Positions 24,792-38,579 of a DNA stretch of 64,000 bases are shown here, one piece after another. The stretch covers positions 109,842,397 through 109,906,396 of the forward strand of contig CM097887.1 in the NCBI GenBank assembly GCA_044892525.1, written 5' to 3'. The notes below the pieces were generated by a model. The model saw nothing but the letters and a program-made list of their open reading frames with translations, was not told where the DNA came from and ran no database searches. Within the stretch, counting starts at the first letter, position 1; the number at the start of each line of letters is the position of its first letter. The DNA comes from Schmidtea polychroa (taxonomy: Eukaryota). Position numbers and translations under genes: made by a program.

Positions 24792-26239
24792 TCAATTCGA
24801 CTTAATTATGCGACTAATAACCCTTATGAAAATAAAAATATCAAAAATAAAATAATATTTTAAAAAATTCTCAAAATCAATTTTTCCTTAAAATTCTCCG
24901 TGATATTCCTACTTTGATATTTTTTGTTTTAATAAAAACATCAAATATGAATAATATCATAAATGTATTTTATTTTGTTTAAATTTATATTTTACTTGAA
25001 TAAATAATCTAATTAATTTCATGTGAAATTAGTGCGAGGCGGAAAATATTCTGGACATACAAAAAATAATAAAAATTGGGTTAAATTCGGAGGATGATGG
25101 ACGCATTAAATTGCTATTTTAAACTGAAATTTAAAATAATTAATATTTTATTAAAAAGTTTTGTATATTTATTATTATAATCAAATGATTTTGGTTTTTA
25201 ATATAAGTTAATTATTAAAGTAATTTTTAATGTGATTTTTTATTCGAATTTTAATGGTAAACTCATTTTAAGTTTATTTGGCTCTCATCCAGTGATGCAG
25301 TCAGGTTTACACGCCAAGTCAGCAAGACCACATAAAAAAAGCACGCCATCGAAATGTCAAAAAAATCTAGGCGAAAATTGTATACGAAATCATATAATAA
25401 AGTCTATGAGTCTAATATCTAAAGACTGTTGACAGTTACACAACATGTATAAAAGTACAATACAAGACTGCTTGAATGTAAAAATAATTTAGATTTAGAT
25501 AGAAAAAAGATGGAAACTTAACAAAGATTTTTTATTTTTCTTAATAAAATGAAAAAGTATTAATTTTGTGAATACATTGTACAAATAAGTATAATGAATG
25601 TTTAAAACAACAAAATTACTGCAGTTTTGATAGTTAGTGCTTCATTCCTACTACAATCCACTTCATTAGCTAAATATTCTTTGGTGTTGCCTCCCTCTTA
25701 CATTTACCTTAGCTATGCTACTGCTCTCAATGGTAGGATGCAAGAAACCATGTAATATAGAACCCAGCTTTACGATCAGATTTCAGAATCTGACCCTTTC
25801 GGTACTTCTATTGTCGTTTTCATTAAAAGTATAAAAATTCAGTTAATATCGCGCAAACCAGGAGCAAAAGAGCAGTTTATATCATTTTTAGTTTTTATCA
25901 CCGTATAGGGATAATTAGAGGTAAAGTTTTTAATGCCTATCAATGGAAGTAAGTACTTTAATAAAATAAATTATGTTTGTTTTCAGAAGACTTTCCGATT
26001 AAATTATAAAGCTTTTAACTTTTATTTGAAAAATGTTGATAAAAATTTTCTAATCACGAATTTTTAATTTTAATTTTCACCACTGATCGAAAATAAAGAT
26101 TATTTTTGATTGGTTGTCGCATATTTATTATATTAATTGTTCTAGAAGAAGAGCAAAAAGTATAAACTAAATAAAAGTAACTTAAAATTCATTTTTAATT
26201 AGATAATAGTTATATAATAAATAAGTAAGATTTTTACGC

Positions 26240-26860
26240 GCAAGTGAGCATATTTCTCCAACTCAAAAGGGGAAATTATCTAAAAAAATACCTCAAGGAA
26301 CTGCTGAATACAAACGCATCTGTCGGGATAATGAAACATCAGAAGAGGTCACACTGCACCGAGCCAAAACTGCCACAGAGAGTTTATCACAAGATGCTTT
26401 ACGAATACATCGAACAAGCTCCAAGCGACTAGCTAAAAGGTCTAAAGAGGTAGCAGTCACACGCCGAGCAGAAGTTGCTGGAGCAAGTCAAGGTGTTCTA
26501 CGCTCTTTGATACCAAATCATGACACTTTTATTGATAATGAAGTTCATGAGCATGACTACGAACCTACAATTCTCTTAATTTTCAAGCTGATAGAGCGAA
26601 GGATGGAACTTTCAAGTATTGTTTTCACAAGGGGACTGTTTTAATAGAGTTAAATTTTCACCAAGTGCGTCCGTTTCTGGACAATCTTGAAGAGATTTTA
26701 AGAAATCCAACACATCCGCAATATCGCAATTTTCATGACAATATACGTTCGTATAATTCGCATCAATGGGCACTCAAATCGATCACTTAACTGACCGTAT
26801 TCCACATGTTTGCCGTGTACACGGTGAGATTTATCACCGTGCTGTTAACCATCAAAAATG
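26240..26860 (+). pseudogene. Helitron Rep/Hel N-terminal fragment
   Basis: RNFHDNIRSYNS..SMGTQIDHLTDRIPHVCRVHGEIYHR matches the Helitron pattern F..NIR.YNS..FASMGA....GPY.FRIHGQIYHR; frameshifted. Confidence 0.75.
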
Positions 26861-27144
26861 ACGGAGAAATATGAGAATTTTGTCAAAAGGTTTTTATCAA
26901 AGTTTTCTAGATGGAGTATATTTACCACAACCAGTCTTTGTTAATTGGTGGCTCTATGTTGCACTTACTCAATGCAGAAATCATGAGAAATTGAGAGTGT
27001 TCATTAAAAAATTTATTATCAAGGCAGAGTTGCCAATGATTGCCGAGTTTTTACAAAAAAATGTTGTGATAAAAGAGATTTTGAATTAAAATAAACTCTG
27101 ATTTTTCAATGAAATAAAGTTGATTTTTTTTCTATATTTTAGAT

Positions 27145-27366
27145 CAGTGGTCTTCAAACTGTGTTCCGTGGAACCCTAGAGTTCCATGAAATTCCTCAAG
27201 GGTTCCAAAAATAAATCAATAATTTAAAATAAATTGCTTCATTTCTCACCAAAAAAACATCAATAAAAATTTCAAGAATTTCATAAAAAAACTTAAATAA
27301 AATCTATATTGTAACGCATCATTTCACATAAGGGTTCCGCGAGCTTTTGAAGTTTGAAGACCACTC
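27145..27366. mobile_element. hAT MITE (old)
   Basis: TIRs CAGTGGTCTTCAAACT / AGTTTGAAGACCACT, GGGTTCC subterminal repeats; TSD not preserved. Confidence 0.7.
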
Positions 27367-28496
27367 ACAATAGAAAATTTTGATACAAACATTTTGACAA
27401 AATTCTCATATTTTCCGGTAATTTTTGTCGGCTAACAGCAAGTAATTAATAACCCTTTAAATTTCAAACAAACTGAGGATGCGAATTGAAAATCTTACCC
27501 ATCAAAAAAAATGCAACATTTATACTATGTGTTATGTCTGAGTTTCCTATATTGTTGTAAATGTATTATTTTAAATTATTTGTTCTTTATTTATTTGATA
27601 ATTCGTGCTGTATAAGGAATATTGTAGAGCCCAGCCGAGTCTCCTTTAAATGAAACTGTCTCGGGACAGCTGTGGTGAATGAATGTACTGTAAAAATTTT
27701 TATCAAAAACGAACAATCACAGTTTTACAATTTCAAACTTTATTTATAAAACAATGAAATAAAGACCTTAGCTATTTCTTTGATATTGGTTTCACTTTCT
27801 TCTATATTAGTCTTTGGCTTCTTTCTTCTTTAATACTTTCGTTAATATACAGCTATTTCAGTTCCAAATAATATTTCCAATAAAAATTTGTTAAAAGGAA
27901 TAGACTAAGAAACAAAAATAACAATTTTACGAATTCAAATGTTCGTTTATAAAATAATAAGAAAGGCAACCTCGTTATTACTTTAGTATTTGATTCACTT
28001 TCTTATTTGTTAATTTTCTGTTTCCTTCTTCTTTATCGGTTTTCACAAAAGGTTATCATGTATAAATTCGATAATTTCGGTTCTGGATAATATTTCCAAT
28101 CGAAATTTTAAAGCAAATAATTTCTAGTCTGATCTTGATAATTTTTACAAGTTTTCTTAATTTTTTTATTGACTTTTTTTACTTTTGTCAATTTTTCTAT
28201 AGCGATAATTTACTATAGTAAATTGAATTATAATAAACGAAAAAAAATCATATAACAGTACATTACACTATGTAACAGAAAGGAATGATTTGACCTAAAA
28301 TCTAAGTGAATTTTTATAAAATGTCAAGAAAATATTTTAAAATTGTATCTTATCCAAACTTAAAACGTTTAAGCAAGAGTTGAATAAAACATTTGAGTTT
28401 AAAAAGTAAAAGTTTTTATCTAATTGCAAAATATTTCTAATTAACTTTAATTCAAATATCTTATTTTCAATTATTTTTCTTTGAAAATTAATCCAA

Positions 28497-28541
28497 CCAA
28501 TCAGAATATTTGAATTTTATATTTAGTAAGTAGTATAAAAA
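28497..28541 (+). promoter_or_regulatory. CCAAT box plus TATA-like element upstream of GPCR
   Basis: CCAATCAGAAT at 28497 and TATAAAA at ~28534; equivalent CCAAT and TATAAA occur at the same spacing before the 47468 paralog. Confidence 0.45.
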
Positions 28542-28576
28542 ATCTGGATTTTAATAAAGAATTCAAAATTGAAATT

Positions 28577-29482
28577 ATGGTCAACTGCTCTTACGTATTA
28601 ATAAGTCCACGAGATTATCCGGATTCAGGCTTCTACATTTTTTATGGGATATTATCTCTGAGCTCTTTATTTGTCAATACTTTCCTCTCTTATATGTACC
28701 ATAAACAGGAAAGGAAAGTGCTTGGGAAACGAACCACTTTCAATCATATCATGAAGTTTCTCAACATAGCGGACATTATGATGGCTTTTGTTTTAATTGC
28801 CAATCTTGTGATTTTGTACATATTTTATCCATTTAATAGTCAAAGTACACTCCCATTTTTTAGTGTTCGTAATATTATAATAGGTTTGGAAGTCGTAGTG
28901 TTGATGCTGTTGGCTCTCGACAGGTTGATAGCATTCACATTGCCGATGACCACGAAATGGATTAACAAAAAAGTTAACATTGTTATAATTATTTATTTTG
29001 TTGGAATTATATTTTATGATGTTACTGTCAATATCATTTTCATTTTCATCCCTTCTTGTGAACTTAAACCATTCATCCAAACTATTTATATTATGATTTA
29101 TGGTGGTGCATGTTTATTCTTTTTACTCGTAAATATTTTCATTTATTTTGTTTTGTTTATCATGTTCTATATGCAAACAAGGAAAATGAAAAAGGATAAA
29201 ATAAATAATATAAATCTAGAAAGTGACGCAAAAATCATTAAATTTGGTCGTCATTTATTTGCAATTACCTTTATCTATACTTGTTGTTTCATACCGATCG
29301 TTTTATCGAATTCAAATGCAGTTTTATATGTTCCGTTTTATGTTTATTACTTCTTTTATTTAAATATTATTATGAATCCCTTTATTTTTATTTTGGGTAA
29401 TAAATTTATTAAAAATTATTTGTGGAGAATGTTTTCGAGAAATAAAATCGAGCCATTTCATTTTCAGTTCACTAAAAGTTAA
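28577..29482 (+). CDS. Intronless class A GPCR paralog, 301 aa
   Basis: NIADI, DRL, FIP, NIIMNP motifs; seven hydrophobic segments. Confidence 0.88.
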   Translation: MVNCSYVLISPRDYPDSGFYIFYGILSLSSLFVNTFLSYMYHKQERKVLGKRTTFNHIMKFLNIADIMMAFVLIANLVILYIFYPFNSQSTLPFFSVRNIIIGLEVVVLMLLALDRLIAFTLPMTTKWINKKVNIVIIIYFVGIIFYDVTVNIIFIFIPSCELKPFIQTIYIMIYGGACLFFLLVNIFIYFVLFIMFYMQTRKMKKDKINNINLESDAKIIKFGRHLFAITFIYTCCFIPIVLSNSNAVLYVPFYVYYFFYLNIIMNPFIFILGNKFIKNYLWRMFSRNKIEPFHFQFTKS

Positions 29483-30819
29483 TAATGAGTATTTTGTTTA
29501 AATTGATGGAAAGAATAATAATTTGTGTTTTGTGTTTTAATGATAACAATAGATGAAATTATTTATTTCAAATAGTTATCTCATATATTTGGACATTTTG
29601 AAAGCAAAAAGTAAAATTATGTAAATTATAGTTTTTATTTATCCATGTGAATGAAATTATTTTTTTTATTAATAATAAATATTTCGTCTTGGTCTTTTAT
29701 TTGCAATAAATAATCATTATATATATATATAATAGAATCAATAATTAATGTTTTATATAATAGATTCAATAAATAATAAAACTAATTTATTAGGTAACAA
29801 TATTAATATATTTTTAAAAGATTTCATTTAAAATATACATTTTTTCATAATTTACATAATTTCTCGTAACCCATGCGATATAAAGAGGTTCATCTACATG
29901 TTTTAAGACTTGAAGTTTTCAAGGGTATAGAAAACAGGTGAGGGTTAAAGTCAGACATTTCAATATCCACTGTTTATAAAGAAACAGTTTGTATGTATAT
30001 TTTTAAAAATTATTTTAAAAATTATTTTGATTTCTTCAACTGGTATTAGAAAATTGTGTTTTTGTATTTTATTTTTCTGCGCTTTTATATTACATATATA
30101 TTTTCATATTCAATATAAATTTAAATTTAAAACTTTACATCATTATATTTAACACTATATTTCATAAATAAAAATATTTTTCTTTTAAATTTAAAATTTT
30201 TAAATAATGAATTTTAATTTTTGCTTTTCAAATGATTTTGAAAATATTTTCATTTATTATTCTGTATTACTAAGTTTTTACTTTTAAAATAAATATCATT
30301 TTTATAATTTATTAAAAGAAAAATATATTTAAATAAAAAATAACATATTAAGTCTTTGAGAAAAAAACTCTAATTAAAAATTAAATTATTTATTGACGCT
30401 TAGAGTACATTTTAAAATATAATTTTCAATCTAAATACTAATTAGATCCATTTAATTTATCAAATAACTTTAATTATTCGCAAGGAGAATTAATTTTAAT
30501 CAATTAAAATGATAGTAAATTGACAAATTTTGACAAATACATTTAAACAAAAGGATTAGTTCGAAAAACTTTTAAAAATTACATAAATATTTATAAATAT
30601 CACATTTTTAAACATCTAATTGAACGTTTCTAAGAATAAATTTCGAATATATATTTTTTTAAAGACAAATTAGTTTAGCTTACTTTATCGTTCCAGGAGC
30701 AAGTTCATTAAGTGAATTGCGTTTTCCCATAACAATATATGTAAAAAAAATTTAAATTCGATCTGTAGCATAAAATATTGTATGGTAACATAAAAAAGAT
30801 TTATTTAAAAAAGAATTTT

Positions 30820-31522
30820 TAGTCATACTCAGATTTAAGAAAGTCTACAGAAACTTGCAGGGTCAAGGCCTCCTGTTCTATCCTTTGCTTCTTGACTGCA
30901 AGCTTCTTTAAAAAACTTTCCAAGGTATTCCATTTATCCCATTTCTTCAACACCTGCCGGAGATAACGGGCAAGGGTTTCATTGTAGATATCGCCTTTCA
31001 CCTGCCTATCCTTATTCCAAATAACCAACAGCCATTTGATTTCCTCGTGGATTAAAGACCTATGCATTTCATGGAAAAGCTTTGACACTCCTTTGACCAC
31101 CATCAGTGACTTGATGGCATCCTTCTTGGTCAAAATAGTGCAGATGATGATCTTGCCGAGACCAAACTCTTTTACCAGGTTGCACTGTTCCATTCCACAT
31201 CCACTTCTTCTAATTCTTTCTTGTATTATTTCAACAGAAATCACTTCTCTGGTTTGTTTAGAAGCCATAATATAGACACACAAAGTATATTTATTAAAAC
31301 AAATACGTGCGTAAGATAAGCACAGAGAAGAAAGACTGCCGCACGTGATGATTGTTCGTAAAAGTTTGTGCAAGTTCGTGCATTGGTTCTGTGCGACCTT
31401 GTAAGCAGGAATGATACTTCATGATACCCAGGTGAGTTCGAGCGGCAAGATGAAATACGATACAGTCGATTGTGTGAACCGAAGTTCGTTATGCGAGGCG
31501 TTCATTATATGAAGCATCACTG
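30820..31522 (-). pseudogene. Tigger/pogo transposase N-terminal (CENP-B-type HTH) remnant with its 5' end
   Basis: MASKQTREVISVEIIQE...LVKEFGLGKIIICTILTKKDAIK...KGVSKL...RSLIHEEIKWLLVIW; TA-CAGT terminus at 31522. Confidence 0.7.
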
Positions 31523-31924
31523 TATTTAATAAAATTCTCAAGTTCAAGTCAAGCACTTCTGACATTGAACTTTTTGCAGTACAAGTATACTTGTCAGACA
31601 TATACAATATCAATTATTTTATTTAAGATTGCCATCTCTTGATCAAAAAATTTTCCAACTGAAATTCCATTATGATGAACCCCAGTTAAATTCCAGTTCA
31701 TTTCGAACAATAGAGTTTGAGTGAAGTAATAATACAGAAGGAAACTAAATATTACGCAATTTAAGTCACATAAAATATTTTCCTTAAGGAACATTACTGA
31801 TGCATCAAAAAACCTTAACAAACCTCATGAAAATTATTTACAAACTTTTATAAAACATTACAAATTCCAACTAAATTTCAGAAATTCTGACCCCTCAAAG
31901 GAGCAAGGACGTGCTCCTATAAAT

Positions 31925-33332
31925 TAGGTTGACCAGCCAAATTTGAAAAAAATACGGGACATTGTAAATTTTTTCATTTAAGCCGATTTAACCTGAACTT
32001 TAACGAATTTTTTTAGAATTGTATGCGAAATTTCGCTTATTTTAGTATTTAAAAGAAGTTTAATTTATAAAATAAGATGGCGCGCCCCCAAAACATCGAC
32101 TTCTAGATAATCAACAACCAAATAATCAACTTCTAATTCATCTATTGGCGAAAACATCTACTGTCTAAAACATCGAGTCCAAAACATCAACAACAAATAC
32201 ATCGATTGTCAATAAAATCTACTTTTAAAACTTCTAAATCATCGAGTTTTAAAACATCTACAAATTAAAATTAAATTAATTGAGGTTAATTAAACTTTCA
32301 TCTGATATTAAAATTTGTTGAATTAATTAAATTGATGAAAATATAACGAAAATGTTTCGCGGCACACTGGTTGGGAAGCTATGATATAAACATTTACATT
32401 TTGTCTCAGTTTATCCGACAAAGTATTTTGACCGCCGAGAAATACAGATCACATGGGGACTGGTCGTACTCAACACACACACACACACACACCACGCCTG
32501 CACGATTCGTGTAAAAGTCTTTTTTTAGGAAGAAAAGTACACACGAACGGTACTTTAAGATACAACAGAGGAGTATTAAAATTTTACGAATTAATTAAAT
32601 TGATGAAAATATAACGAAAAGAGATGGTTTCAAAATTAAACAAATTAAAAAAAACTATTAAAATTAAAAAAAATGATGAGAGCATTTAATTAAAAAAGGT
32701 TTTATAAACTCGATGTTTTAGGCGATTGATGTTCTTGCTTTTTATTACTAGATGTTATTGACAGTTGATGTTTTTGACAGTAGATGTTTTCGACAATAGA
32801 TGTTTTAAGGCTAAAAGTAGATCTTTTCACACTCGATGTTTTAAAAATCGATGTACTAGAAGTCGATTTTATGAGGTGACCCGAAATAAGATGAACAGTA
32901 AAATTTGAAGAAAAAAATCTTTAATTGTATTAATTTTTATTTTTGGTACTTTTCTTCACTGATAACATTATTTAAAAATTTATTAAAAATTATTAACAAC
33001 ACATTAAAAGGCATATTTCAGTATAAAATATTGCAAATTGTGTAAAAAAATTCGAAAAATTGAAATAAAATTACTTTAAGTCAATAATTTTAATGTAGTA
33101 ACCTTTTTCAATCTCAGTTACCAAAAACTTTAATTTGCTAAAATTTGAAGGAAAAACTTAGTAGGTATTTTTGATTTGCAACCCCCTTGGAAAAATGGCT
33201 TAAAGTGGAAGAAAAAGTATAAAAATTTTAACATTTTGAAAATACTGGACAAATTTTGCCAAAAACGGGACACGCGACATTTGATGAAAATACAGGATTG
33301 TCCCTTGAAAATGCCAGTAGATGGTCACCCTA
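31925..33332. mobile_element. Blackjack-type hAT non-autonomous element
   Basis: TIRs TAGGTTGACCA / TGGTCACCCTA, CGGGACA subterminal motifs, perfect 8-bp TSD CTATAAAT (31917-31924, 33333-33340). Confidence 0.88.
32080..32883. mobile_element. MULE-like element nested in the hAT element
   Basis: 10-bp direct repeat AAATAAGATG (32070-32079, 32884-32893); long imperfect TIRs built from AAAACATCGA/C sub-repeats. Confidence 0.7.
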
Positions 33333-34449
33333 CTATAAATAGATCAAATTCTGGGAGAGGTGATAATTCAAGTTTTACTCTAAGAATACCGTTGGTCATA
33401 CAATCCGTTGGTTTGGCAAGTTTTTTTATAAAAATTAGGATTTCTTATATATAAAACTAAGTCAAATGTAAATACACAATTTCCATATTGAATCTGCTAT
33501 ACACCTAAGTAGAAATATTACGTACAGAGGGTAAGTTTAAAGTTATATTTTTCATTATATTTGCATTTAAAAAAAGTTTTGTTACGTTCATAACTCTGTT
33601 TATTACCTGACTCTAAAAGGCCATGATTAGTAATTGGGTCGGGACATGTAGTTTAATTCGAATAAATAATATGATTTAAATATTTAATTTGAACAAAATT
33701 TTACAAAGTAGCAACAAAATACAAAAAGACAGTTCTTCTATTATCTCTGACAGCTGTCAAAATATATAATTTTTAAAATTCGCTCTCTGGACTTTTCCGG
33801 TGATCCCTTTATTTAACCTCAGATTGAATATCGAAATATGGAAATTTAATTTCCATTTTGTTTTCCTTCTTCAATATCCACCCTCCATTCATTTAATACT
33901 TATTGGATTTTATTATTTAATTATCTTCAGCATATCTCCCCCTTTAAAAAATCCCGTCCTCGAAATATTTTGACATTCATTCTTAATCTTGACAAACTCC
34001 ATACTTCTTCACAGTTTCATTATATTTGATGGTTGCATCCAGTATTTTCCTTTACCTACTCAATCTCAATATCAACAAAAATTCAAATAATCACTTAAAA
34101 ATTCCAACATGTAAATGTTTAATGTCTTTTTGTCTTTCTCATCTATTCAGATAAAGTCTCAGTAAAATAAAATTTGCGTTTTGCAAAAAAAATTTACCAA
34201 CTACTTTTCAAATTCCTGGATAATTATTGACATTTTGACTCTTTATAACTTTTTATCCAATACTCACACAACTAAGGTAAGGTTCCCATTGTCAATTCTG
34301 TCCGTCCCATTAAGCTCTACAAAATATCAAAAGTGAAATTTTTCGAAACTATTTTTATTTTGAAATAAGTTACTTATGTTTATAAGTAAATAATCCTCCC
34401 TTGAATTTGTGACTTCTATTAAGATTCACTACCTACCTAAATGACAAGA

Positions 34450-34451
<2 letters not shown>

Positions 34452-34539
<88 letters not shown>
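34452..34539. repeat. (TA)n microsatellite
   Basis: Direct reading. Confidence 0.97.
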
Positions 34540-34542
<3 letters not shown>

Positions 34543-34779
34543 TGGCGGAACTTCAAAATTTGGGCCCCCTCGCAATGTAAAATATTTCCACTTAAATTTT
34601 TCGGTTAAAGTTTAATACATAGTTATTCACAGCAGCCGCTATTTAATGATAGTTTTATGTTTGTAGGTAAATATAACTGCCGGAAAAAAAGTTTCAGAAA
34701 ATGTTTGTAAATATTTTTTTAGTAATACTTTTGGGTCCCCGCAACGGTAAAAATGGTGAATGGAAAATTTCCAATACTG
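34540..34779. mobile_element. Degenerate hAT MITE
   Basis: CAGTGGCGGAAC start, two GGG(C/T)CCCC..GCAA subterminal motifs, ...ATACTG end; TSD only 6/8. Confidence 0.4.
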
Positions 34780-35053
34780 AATAAATAAAAAGTAAAAGAA
34801 TCCAAAGAACAAATCTAGAAAAAATATTCAATCCGGTATATTAGAAGATGGATAGGAGCCTGCTGATTCACACACTCCCCTGCTGAGGATCCTCCTAAAA
34901 GTCCTTTTATTTTTATGTAGGTCAGCTCAATGTTTATAATTTTCTACGATTTTCAAAGTTTTTTACACGAAATTTTCCTGTTTTCATGTTGGTCAAATCG
35001 ACTTTAAAAGTAGGGGATCGCTAACTTAAAATTGATTATTGAGAATTCCTGAC

Positions 35054-35556
35054 CAGGGGCGGAACAAGAAATTTTGTCTAAGTCGAGCGTCCTAGGCAAA
35101 CTTTTATGAAGCGCCTACCCTAAAGAATGTCAACTGAAACATAACCTTTCAATCTATATAACTATATAAGCTAACCAAACCAAACTTTGCCTTACCTAAC
35201 CTGACCAACCTTGACTAATTTACAAAGTTTGATGAGGCTAGCTTATATAGTTTAGGAGACATGGCCACATTTGTATTTTAAAATTCTACAAAAAAAACAT
35301 TTTTTGATTTTATAATACAAAGAAATGCATACAAATCCTTACGAGACGTCACCAAATTTGAGCTAGAATACAGCTAAATTCAATCATTATTTGAAGATAA
35401 ATTTATTATAAAAAAATGTTAAATTATCAAACGCATATTTTAATAAATAATTTTTTTTCTATATTCAAGAAATAATTTATTAAAATATTTTACCGCCTTA
35501 CAAAATTGAGCGCCCTAGCGGCCGCCTACTCCGCCTATATGGAAGAGCCGTCCCTG
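35054..35556. mobile_element. hAT MITE inserted in the Polinton left TIR
   Basis: CAGGGGCGG / CCGTCCCTG termini, perfect 8-bp TSD TTCCTGAC; the empty site is seen in the opposite TIR copy at ~41760. Confidence 0.9.
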
Positions 35557-35899
35557 TTCCTGACAAAGTATTTCGGCAATCAATGTCTCATTTCGAAGAG
35601 TTTTTATCGGGGTACCTAAATATATATTGTGATGATCCAAGGTATTGCAATGGTATTGTAAGGGTCATTTTGAAGAGTTTTATGGACGGTCAACTAAAAA
35701 TTTAAATAACTGCGCACATAGATATATTTGAAGGAACCCAAATTAATATAATTAAAAACCATCAATTATTAACAAATGAATATTATTATAATCAAATACA
35801 ATAAAAAAATGTATTTGATTCCATATAAAAATCAAGACGTTAAAAGATATTTTGGTTTTTTCCAAGATTTATTAAATAAAAGACCATAATCAAAATCTT

Positions 35900-38330
35900 C
35901 CACCATTCAGCTGCATAGAATTCAAAATAATGTCCAAATGCGAGACTGATATTTTGCCCCACCCATAATTTTTTTATCATCGTTATTATTTAATGCTATT
36001 TAATGGTTTTTAATAGTAAATAACTGATGATTGGGCGTCCCCATTCTCTTTTGTGGCACTGAAAAAATTTCATTATTATTATAAAACTCTAAATAAAACT
36101 GGTGCCCAATCTCGGTCCCCAATAATTCAACACCTTTCGTTCTCATTGTTGACTTGTTTCCTAACAAACTTAAACATTTAGGTCTTATGAAAACTCATTT
36201 TTTGTACCCAATACCTTTACTCTCATCCTTAAACTTTCCAATCACTGACTCATGGTTTCTTGAGTACAAGAAATGAGCAGAGTCATAATTTGAAGTATCT
36301 AAAAGCTGGTCTCTAATCATTGCTTAACCTCAAGAAAAAAGGAGTCGGTGTCATTGGCAACGATATTCATTATACAATTAAATTCACCTTTATATTATGC
36401 TAAATCTTTATATTGTAGCTGGGTCTATCTAAGCAGATAACCTCTTTTATTTAAATGCACCGCAATCAAATCCTCATTAGTACTGATTGATTTTCAGAAT
36501 TGCGGCTTTGGCGCATATGTAATTGACTTGTCAGCTAAATTACACAGCCTCAAATTCATTGTTTTTTGAGGATTTCTACGGATTTCCTGTAGCAAACTTT
36601 TATTAAACAATTTATAAAGGTCTCAGTATAATTCAATTGTGTATTTTTATCGATTTAATGTTTAAAATTTGTGCCTGTTTAAATTTAATAACTCTGTGCA
36701 TTTTATCGACTTTTACACCTAGTTCGATATAAAGCTTTAAAGGTTTACAATAAAGAATATGGTTCTTCTTGGGATAATACATGGGCTTCAATTTCTGAAC
36801 ATTTGAACCGGGCGGGCACATATTTTTCCGGTCCCACAGGAAAGTCATTCAAAAATTCATGGTCTCAGGATTTAACTTCCATAGTGTAACCATATGGAAA
36901 ACAGCAACAAGATTGGCATAAATCCAAGTAAAATTACCATACGAAATATATTGGCTAAGAGCCCAACCAAATAAATTATTAATGGCAATATACAAAAATT
37001 CCGTGTCTTCAGAACTTGCAGCAAAATGTTTGCAGTTAATGTTTGTAACCCACATTTCTATATCTTGTAAACGTTTTATGGGTTCCTGTAATGTCATTAG
37101 GGCGGAAGCCCATGAAATACCAGGGAGTCAATATATATCAAGAGGTTCTAGGCCAGTATAAGCAATTACCTCGGCGCGGAATTGTTGAAAATAATCTGCA
37201 AGGTAGAATTCGTACAATTATAAGTAGATTTACATGTAATCTAACATATTATTGCAATTTTTAAAATTTAATAATTTTTTTTCAAAAAGTTTGTACAGTG
37301 TAGTGCCTACTTAGTTTTTATACAAAGTGCAACATGCATGTTAAATGCTTTTCGTGTCGAAAGCCATCTAATTCTAACGTTGCATTCACTGCTAGAGTGA
37401 CAATTCATTAATTTCTGAAGATTAAAAACTGTGGTGTAATTACCACCATCTTTTAAAAGTAGTAAATATAAAGGTTCACCATCAGCAACCTTCGATCGGT
37501 GAATTATATCTAATTTGGGATGATGACGTAATCAATATCGTCATTATCAACCTCTATATTTATTGTAAGTTTATAGTAAAATACATTTATAGCTTTAAAT
37601 ATTTATTCTTTCGATCCGAATTTGGGTATGTCACATAACTTCATGGGACAGCCCTTAATTGTATCATATTTTATTTCTGATAAGTATTGGGTGTAAAACC
37701 TGACACGTTCCTTATTCCTGGTTATAATATTACGTTTTAATAGTGCTAAAACACTGTATATGAGACATATGTGATCAATGTTTTAAACTCTAATTATTGC
37801 CTTTTTAAGATTAAGGAAGTTGAGGTTTTTATATAACTATGGCCGGATAATTTATTTATTGCCAATATTTTGTCAAAATAAAATCTATCTCCCTAATTTT
37901 AAAAACCCGCCATCTGCTGCTCAGATATATGTAAACTTTTCTATTTTTTCATGTAACCTTCTTAGCGTATCAAAGAGAAAGTTATCGGAAAAACTAAGGC
38001 ACTATTTGAGAAAAAAGTTATCTTTAATCTACTCATCTTTCTCGAATTGAATGATAATTGTAAATTGAATTTTTACAGACCCCATTTTTTCAATCTCTAT
38101 AATTAATTTAATTTTGTAAAGGATATTTGAACAAGATTTTGTAATCTAAGTTAGATCTGATATTTTTTCGGGCCCCCTTTTAATCTTCTTCTATTTCAAG
38201 CTCGTCATCAATATTAACAGAGTTGAAATATGCTGAACAACAACCTCATCATCACTTATGACAATTGTCTCGATTTTAATAATTTTAGAGGAAGCACAAG
38301 ACCCAATATTAACAGCAGGTNNNNNNNNNN
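35900..38330 (-). pseudogene. Protein-primed family B DNA polymerase pseudogene
   Basis: Colinear with the 53160-57010 PolB (YLADYFQQFRA, SWASAL, INNLFGWALSQ, KEWVFIRPKC); many stops and frameshifts, and the EndoVII/exonuclease region is deleted. Confidence 0.9.
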
Positions 38331-38579
38331 NNNNNNNNNNNNNNNNNNNNNNNNNNNNNNNNNNNNNNNNNNNNNNNNNNNNNNNNNNNNNNNNNNNNNN
38401 NNNNNNNNNNNNNNNNNNNNNNNNNNNNNNNNNNNNNNNNNNNNNNNNNNNNNNNNNNNNNNNNNNNNNNNNNNNNNNNNNNNNNNNNNNNNNNNNNNNN
38501 NTAAATTACTGTTTTTACTATATATTTTAGGATATAATTTCTTCTTGTTAGAACTAAATTGATTTAAATGGCTAAAGAA

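Noticed and set aside
33316-33325. AGTAGATGG Polinton terminal motif
   Set aside because: It overlaps the hAT TIR TGGTCACCCTA and similarity stops at 9 bp; the copy at 39272-39280 is inside the penton/pX coding junction
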